This document shows, piece by piece, positions 61,040 to 64,000 of a stretch of 64,000 nucleotides of DNA (position 1 is the stretch's first letter; each line of letters begins with the position of its first letter). A model generated the notes under the pieces. The model had not been told where the DNA came from. It was given only the letters and a program-made list of their open reading frames with translations, and did not search any database. Both the position numbers and the translations under genes were made by a program. This stretch comes from a virus (Duplodnaviria > Heunggongvirae > Uroviricota > Caudoviricetes): IMG/VR virus record IMGVR_UViG_3300046002_003930, positions 1 through 64,000 of that record; one strand, written 5' to 3'.

Positions 61040-61990
61040 ATGATTTTATTTACAGCAGACTTACACATAAAATTAGGGCAAAAGAATGTTCCAGTAGATT
61101 GGGCAATTAATCGCTATCGAATGTTCTTTCAACAAGTTTATGAATTAGAGCCGAAGATTGATCTACATATTATTGGTGGCGATATATTTGATAAGCTGCC
61201 AAATATGGAAGAGTTGAATCTATATTTTGAATTCGTAAAAGGTATGAAAGTTAGAACGTTACTTTATGCGGGTAACCATGAAGCTACGAAGAAAGGCAAG
61301 ACATTCTTTAGTCATCTAAAAGATGTTACAAATGCGATTAACCCGCTTGTAACAGTTATAGATGAGATATATGAAGAAGATAACTTCACAATAGTACCTT
61401 ACGAATTTATTCACAAGAATGGTATTTGGGATTCTTTAGATAAGAATAAAGTAGTATTTACTCACGTTAGAGGCGAGATTGAACCTCACGTAAAACCGGA
61501 GATAGACCTTGAGCTTCTTAGCGATTTTCCTCTTGTTTATGCTGGTGATCTGCATAGCCATTCGAATTGCCAAAGAAATATCATCTATCCAGGTTCCCCA
61601 ATGGTTACTAGCTTCCACAGGTCCTCTGTCACAACTGGCTACCTTCTTATTAATTCTGATGATCTCACTTCGTGGAGTTGGCATCAGTTTCAATTGCCTC
61701 AGCTAATTCGTAAGACGGTCACAGACCCTGCGGATATGCTACCTACCTACTATGATCACACAATTTATGAGTTAGAAGGTGACGTTATGTCTTTGGCAAA
61801 GATCAAAGACAACGAGCTACTAGATAAAAAGCTAGTAAAAAGAAGCTCGGATACTTCACTCATTTTACACAAAGATATGTCTATCGATGAAGAACTAGCA
61901 GAGTATTTAACATATATTCTGGAACTTCCTGACGATAAGATTAAGAAAGCAATAGGAGTGTTCCATGACTACGCAGCTAGAAACGCTTGA
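61040..61990 (+). CDS. sbcD: SbcD/Mre11-like nuclease (T5 D13-like)
   Basis: Phosphoesterase motifs DLH, GGDIFDK, GNHE, HVRG, GDLHS in order. Confidence 0.75.
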   Translation: MILFTADLHIKLGQKNVPVDWAINRYRMFFQQVYELEPKIDLHIIGGDIFDKLPNMEELNLYFEFVKGMKVRTLLYAGNHEATKKGKTFFSHLKDVTNAINPLVTVIDEIYEEDNFTIVPYEFIHKNGIWDSLDKNKVVFTHVRGEIEPHVKPEIDLELLSDFPLVYAGDLHSHSNCQRNIIYPGSPMVTSFHRSSVTTGYLLINSDDLTSWSWHQFQLPQLIRKTVTDPADMLPTYYDHTIYELEGDVMSLAKIKDNELLDKKLVKRSSDTSLILHKDMSIDEELAEYLTYILELPDDKIKKAIGVFHDYAARNA

Positions 61991-63767
61991 GTTCGATTGG
62001 TACTTTAGCTACGGTAAGGGCAATTCGATCAATTTTACCGATAATACGGTAACTCAGATCCTTGGCCCAAACGGTTATGGAAAGTCCTCTATCCCACTTA
62101 TCCTAGAAGAGATTTGTTTTAATAAGAACTCGAAAGGTATCTCTAAGGCCGATATTCCTAACCGATACGGTCCGGGCGGAACTTGGGGTAGGCTTACATT
62201 TACTAAAGACGCTGATGTATATGTTATTGAAGCTGATCGTAAGACCTCAATTAAAGTAAAGCTTTCCAAAAATGGTACAGACATATCGTCACATACCGCG
62301 ACTGGAACCTTTAAGCTGATTGAGGAACTTCTTGGAAACGACTTCAAGACGTTTAGCCAGTTGGTTTACCAAAATACAAATACCAGCTTACAGTTTCTTA
62401 GTGCGACCGATACAAACCGTAAGAAGTTCCTTATTGATCTCCTACAGCTTGACGAGTATGTAAAGTTTTTTGAGGTCTTCAAGGATGCAGCAAAGTCTCA
62501 CTCAGTACTGGCTGCAAAAACGGAGACACAGTTAGAAACTGTAGAGAACTGGCTTAAAACAAATCAGCTGACTGATACCACTGAACTGCCGACAGAGATA
62601 GCTACAGTAAGCCTCTTCGACGAAGAGAAAGAGCTAGCAAATCTGTCTGTTGAAATTGCGAACATTAAGAAAACTAATACGCAGATTGCTCAGAATAACA
62701 AGTATCGTGAACTTCTATCTGGCGTAGATATAGATACTATTAATAGCTTACCTATAGACGAGTACAAAACCTATGATGAAGAGCAGAAAGCGCTTGGAGA
62801 AATTGTTGGTCAAGAAAGATTAGTAGAGGCTCAACTTAAAAAGCTAAAAGCCTTAGCAAACTCCTGTCCTACCTGTGAGCAAGATATTCCTGTTGACTTT
62901 AAAGAGGGATTGATAGCTGCTGAAGAAGAAAAGGTTTCTAGCTTCTCTACTCGTAAGCAAGAGCTAACTCAGATTATCGCCAACATCAAGGCTGATAATA
63001 AGAATTACGAGTATAAGCGAGACAAAGTTAAAGAGTGGGAAGAGCTGTATAGATCAGTAAACTTCTCTCTGCCAGAGGAACTACTAGACAAGACTGATCT
63101 TGAAGGAAACTTCAAAGAACTTCAGACACGTATATCCTCTGTTAAAACTGAACTTGAGCGTGTGCGTAAGCACAACGAAACTGTAAATAAGCACAACAGT
63201 CGTATTCAGGTAATACTTGAACAGGCAGATGCTTTTAAAAAGCAACTTGAAGTTCTATCTAAAGATTTGGCTGAGCAGCAGGACTTCCTTAGTGATCTAG
63301 AACTACTTAAGAAGTCTTTCAGCACAAACGGCCTTCTTGCATATAAGATCGAGAATCTGGTTAAAGACTTAGAAAGTCTAACAAATGATTATCTTTCGGA
63401 ACTAAGTGACGGACGCTTTATGATTGACTTTAGTGTAGTGTCTGACAAGCTGAACGTAAATATTACGGACAACGGTAAAGCTATTAACATTGCTGCGTTG
63501 AGTTCCGGTGAGTTAGCGCGAGTTAACACTTCGACACTTCTAGCTCTCAGAAAACTTATGAATTCTATCTCTAAGTCCAAAATCAATGTTCTGTTCTTGG
63601 ACGAAGTTATCAGCGTATTAGATGAGCAGGGCAAGGAAAAGCTAGTAGAAGTTCTTCTTGAAGAAGACCTAAATACTTATATCGTATCGCATAGCTGGAC
63701 TCACCCTCTTCTGGCTAAGCTAGAAGTGATCAAAGAGGATAACATATCAAGGATTGAATATGCCTGA
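61965..63767 (+). CDS. sbcC: SbcC/Rad50-like ATPase (T5 D12-like)
   Basis: Walker A GPNGYGKSS, long coiled coil with CPTC zinc hook, signature LSSGELARV, Walker B VLFLDEV. Confidence 0.75.
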   Translation: MTTQLETLEFDWYFSYGKGNSINFTDNTVTQILGPNGYGKSSIPLILEEICFNKNSKGISKADIPNRYGPGGTWGRLTFTKDADVYVIEADRKTSIKVKLSKNGTDISSHTATGTFKLIEELLGNDFKTFSQLVYQNTNTSLQFLSATDTNRKKFLIDLLQLDEYVKFFEVFKDAAKSHSVLAAKTETQLETVENWLKTNQLTDTTELPTEIATVSLFDEEKELANLSVEIANIKKTNTQIAQNNKYRELLSGVDIDTINSLPIDEYKTYDEEQKALGEIVGQERLVEAQLKKLKALANSCPTCEQDIPVDFKEGLIAAEEEKVSSFSTRKQELTQIIANIKADNKNYEYKRDKVKEWEELYRSVNFSLPEELLDKTDLEGNFKELQTRISSVKTELERVRKHNETVNKHNSRIQVILEQADAFKKQLEVLSKDLAEQQDFLSDLELLKKSFSTNGLLAYKIENLVKDLESLTNDYLSELSDGRFMIDFSVVSDKLNVNITDNGKAINIAALSSGELARVNTSTLLALRKLMNSISKSKINVLFLDEVISVLDEQGKEKLVEVLLEEDLNTYIVSHSWTHPLLAKLEVIKEDNISRIEYA

Positions 63768-63960
63768 GAGACGAAAACCAGTTAATATGCAAACTGTGTA
63801 TTACTTATGCGATAATTGTGAAGTAGGCAGCCTACATGGAAGTGAAGAACCTACCTGCCTGCTAAACAACCCACCTCGGTATAAACATACATGTAGCAAT
63901 TGTAGGTCTATATATACCTTAAATAAGCTATATCCTTATGTGGAGTACGTAGATGCCTGA
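63754..63960 (+). CDS. small zinc-ribbon protein
   Basis: CDNCE...CSNC paired Cys. Confidence 0.4.
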   Translation: MNMPERRKPVNMQTVYYLCDNCEVGSLHGSEEPTCLLNNPPRYKHTCSNCRSIYTLNKLYPYVEYVDA

Positions 63961-64000
63961 AGTAATAGAAATTAGAGAGTTTGCCACATATCATTGTGAC

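Overview
This window is a gene-dense, almost entirely plus-strand stretch of a T5-like (Demerecviridae-type) lytic phage genome.

Why T5-like:
- Recurring sigma70-type promoters of one family (AAAAAGTTCTTGACTTT, 17-bp spacer, then TATACT/TATAAT).
- A pre-early-like left region (0-4.5 kb) with a HAD 5'-deoxyribonucleotidase (Dmp-like) and a family of large GGGGCCCC-centred palindromic repeats.
- A dense cluster of about 30 tRNA and tRNA-like genes (32.6-47.0 kb), interspersed with GIY-YIG, HNH and T5orf172-type homing endonuclease genes.
- A replication module (47.5-63.8 kb): an NAD-dependent DNA ligase split into LigA and LigB subunits by a homing-endonuclease island, a DnaB-like helicase, primase, family-A DNA polymerase, PhoH-like ATPase, SF2 helicase, and SbcD/SbcC (D13/D12-like) nuclease.

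Other recognisable cargo:
- Two metallophosphatases and a CX5R tyrosine or dual-specificity phosphatase.
- A SpoT/Mesh1-type HD (p)ppGpp hydrolase and a MazG-like pyrophosphohydrolase.
- ThyX.
- A PRPP-synthetase plus nicotinamide phosphoribosyltransferase NAD-salvage pair.
- Ribosomal protein S21.
- An Rz/Rz1 spanin pair and a SleB-like secreted wall hydrolase.
- An SPFH lipoprotein.
- A five-member paralogous small-protein family.

Most interesting, all read by eye:
1. A circularly permuted (two-piece type) tmRNA locus at 27.37-27.76 kb. It has a T-arm/acceptor/CCA piece placed before a GGGGGCG-AUUCGA 5' tRNA-like half, P1 and P2 pairings between the pieces, and an in-frame tag ANDNVAFEDFRVAA-stop.
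2. A Ro60-like (helical N-terminal region plus vWA/MIDAS) protein gene embedded in the tRNA cluster at 38966-40441. Immediately beside it is an anticodon-less, closed-acceptor tRNA-like module (the Y-RNA/YrlA architecture), and just after it a tRNA-Asn capped by a perfect 20-bp extended stem.
3. Two long ORF-free, GC-rich tracts: 5.03-6.26 kb (fed by four tandem consensus promoters and closed by two terminators) and 43.6-45.0 kb (inside the tRNA cluster).

All assignments are from motif-level reading of the supplied translations and manual folding. No database searches or folding programs were run. Coordinates of aberrant tRNAs and of CDS starts are approximate.
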